From: Felis catus
Taxonomy: Eukaryota
Reading direction: 5' to 3'
Length of the DNA stretch: 64,000 nt
NCBI RefSeq assembly: GCF_018350175.1
Contig: NC_058368.1
Coordinates: forward strand, 7,192,001 to 7,256,000
Positions 63,518 to 64,000 of the stretch are shown piece after piece. Each line of letters opens with the position of its first letter. Within the stretch, counting starts at the first letter, position 1. The translations under genes were made by a program, and so were the position numbers. The notes beneath the pieces are model-generated. The model was given only the letters and a program-made list of their open reading frames with translations, made no database searches and was not told the DNA's origin.

Positions 63518-64000
63518 ATACGTACATCCTTTTGGTGGTGTTTGCCATGACAGCATTACCACGTGTCTCCTCAAATTACTCCTGTAACATTTTACACTTT
63601 ACAGATATACAGGTTTAGTTGTACTTGTAAATTTTACCTAGGAGATTTAGCATTTTCAGATACAATCTGGGGAGAGGAATTACAGGGAGATGAAAAAAAT
63701 CAAATCATACTGCAGAATAGGGTTACTTCTGGGAATTTTCTTTAAATCTATTCTTAAATATGAGATGTAGATTCCTGCTCAGTTTCTCAAAGACTGACAG
63801 TTTTTGAACTCGTCCTTAAATATTGGGCTTTTTTGCCCTCTAGCTAAACATTATGAAAAGCTTTTAAAAAGTGGTAATAATTACCATTAGCTATTTCAGT
63901 GGTTTTATTATTAATATTGAAAGACATGTTAGAGACAATCTAAGAAACAAGAGATTTCACAATTCTTTTTTTTATTATTTAAAAAAAATTTTTTTTAACG

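Noticed and set aside
51767..64000. Search for LNX2 exon 1 or promoter
   Set aside because: No CpG island or convincing first exon. The region looks like repeat-rich intron 1.

Overview
Eukaryotic (mammalian) genomic DNA, almost certainly from a felid, judged by about 30 carnivore tRNA-derived SINEs of the SINEC_Fc type and a carnivore-type L1 3' end. The window holds the complete coding region of LNX2 (ligand of Numb protein X 2, a RING/PDZ E3 ubiquitin ligase) on the minus strand. Nine coding exons (51685 down to 16996, all GT-AG introns) have lengths 407+248+200+369+141+178+232+159+136 = 2070 nt, giving 689 aa plus stop. A ~2 kb 3'UTR follows, ending near an AATAAA at 14990-14995. The non-coding first exon and promoter were not found and probably lie beyond position 64000. 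Positions 1 to ~14.9 kb are GC/CpG-rich intergenic DNA. The rest is intronic DNA with SINEs, L1, L2, MIR, MER58A, hAT and MLT relics plus micro/minisatellites. I see no evidence of a novel multi-gene system. The most interesting observations are at the RNA-processing and repeat level: decoy splice donors, SINE pairs flanking exons, alternative polyadenylation, a serial SINE insertion site, an L1 fold-back, a 56-bp VNTR and AT-to-GC-shifted ancient repeats. Repeat family names and human comparisons are from memory, not database searches, and repeat boundaries are approximate.
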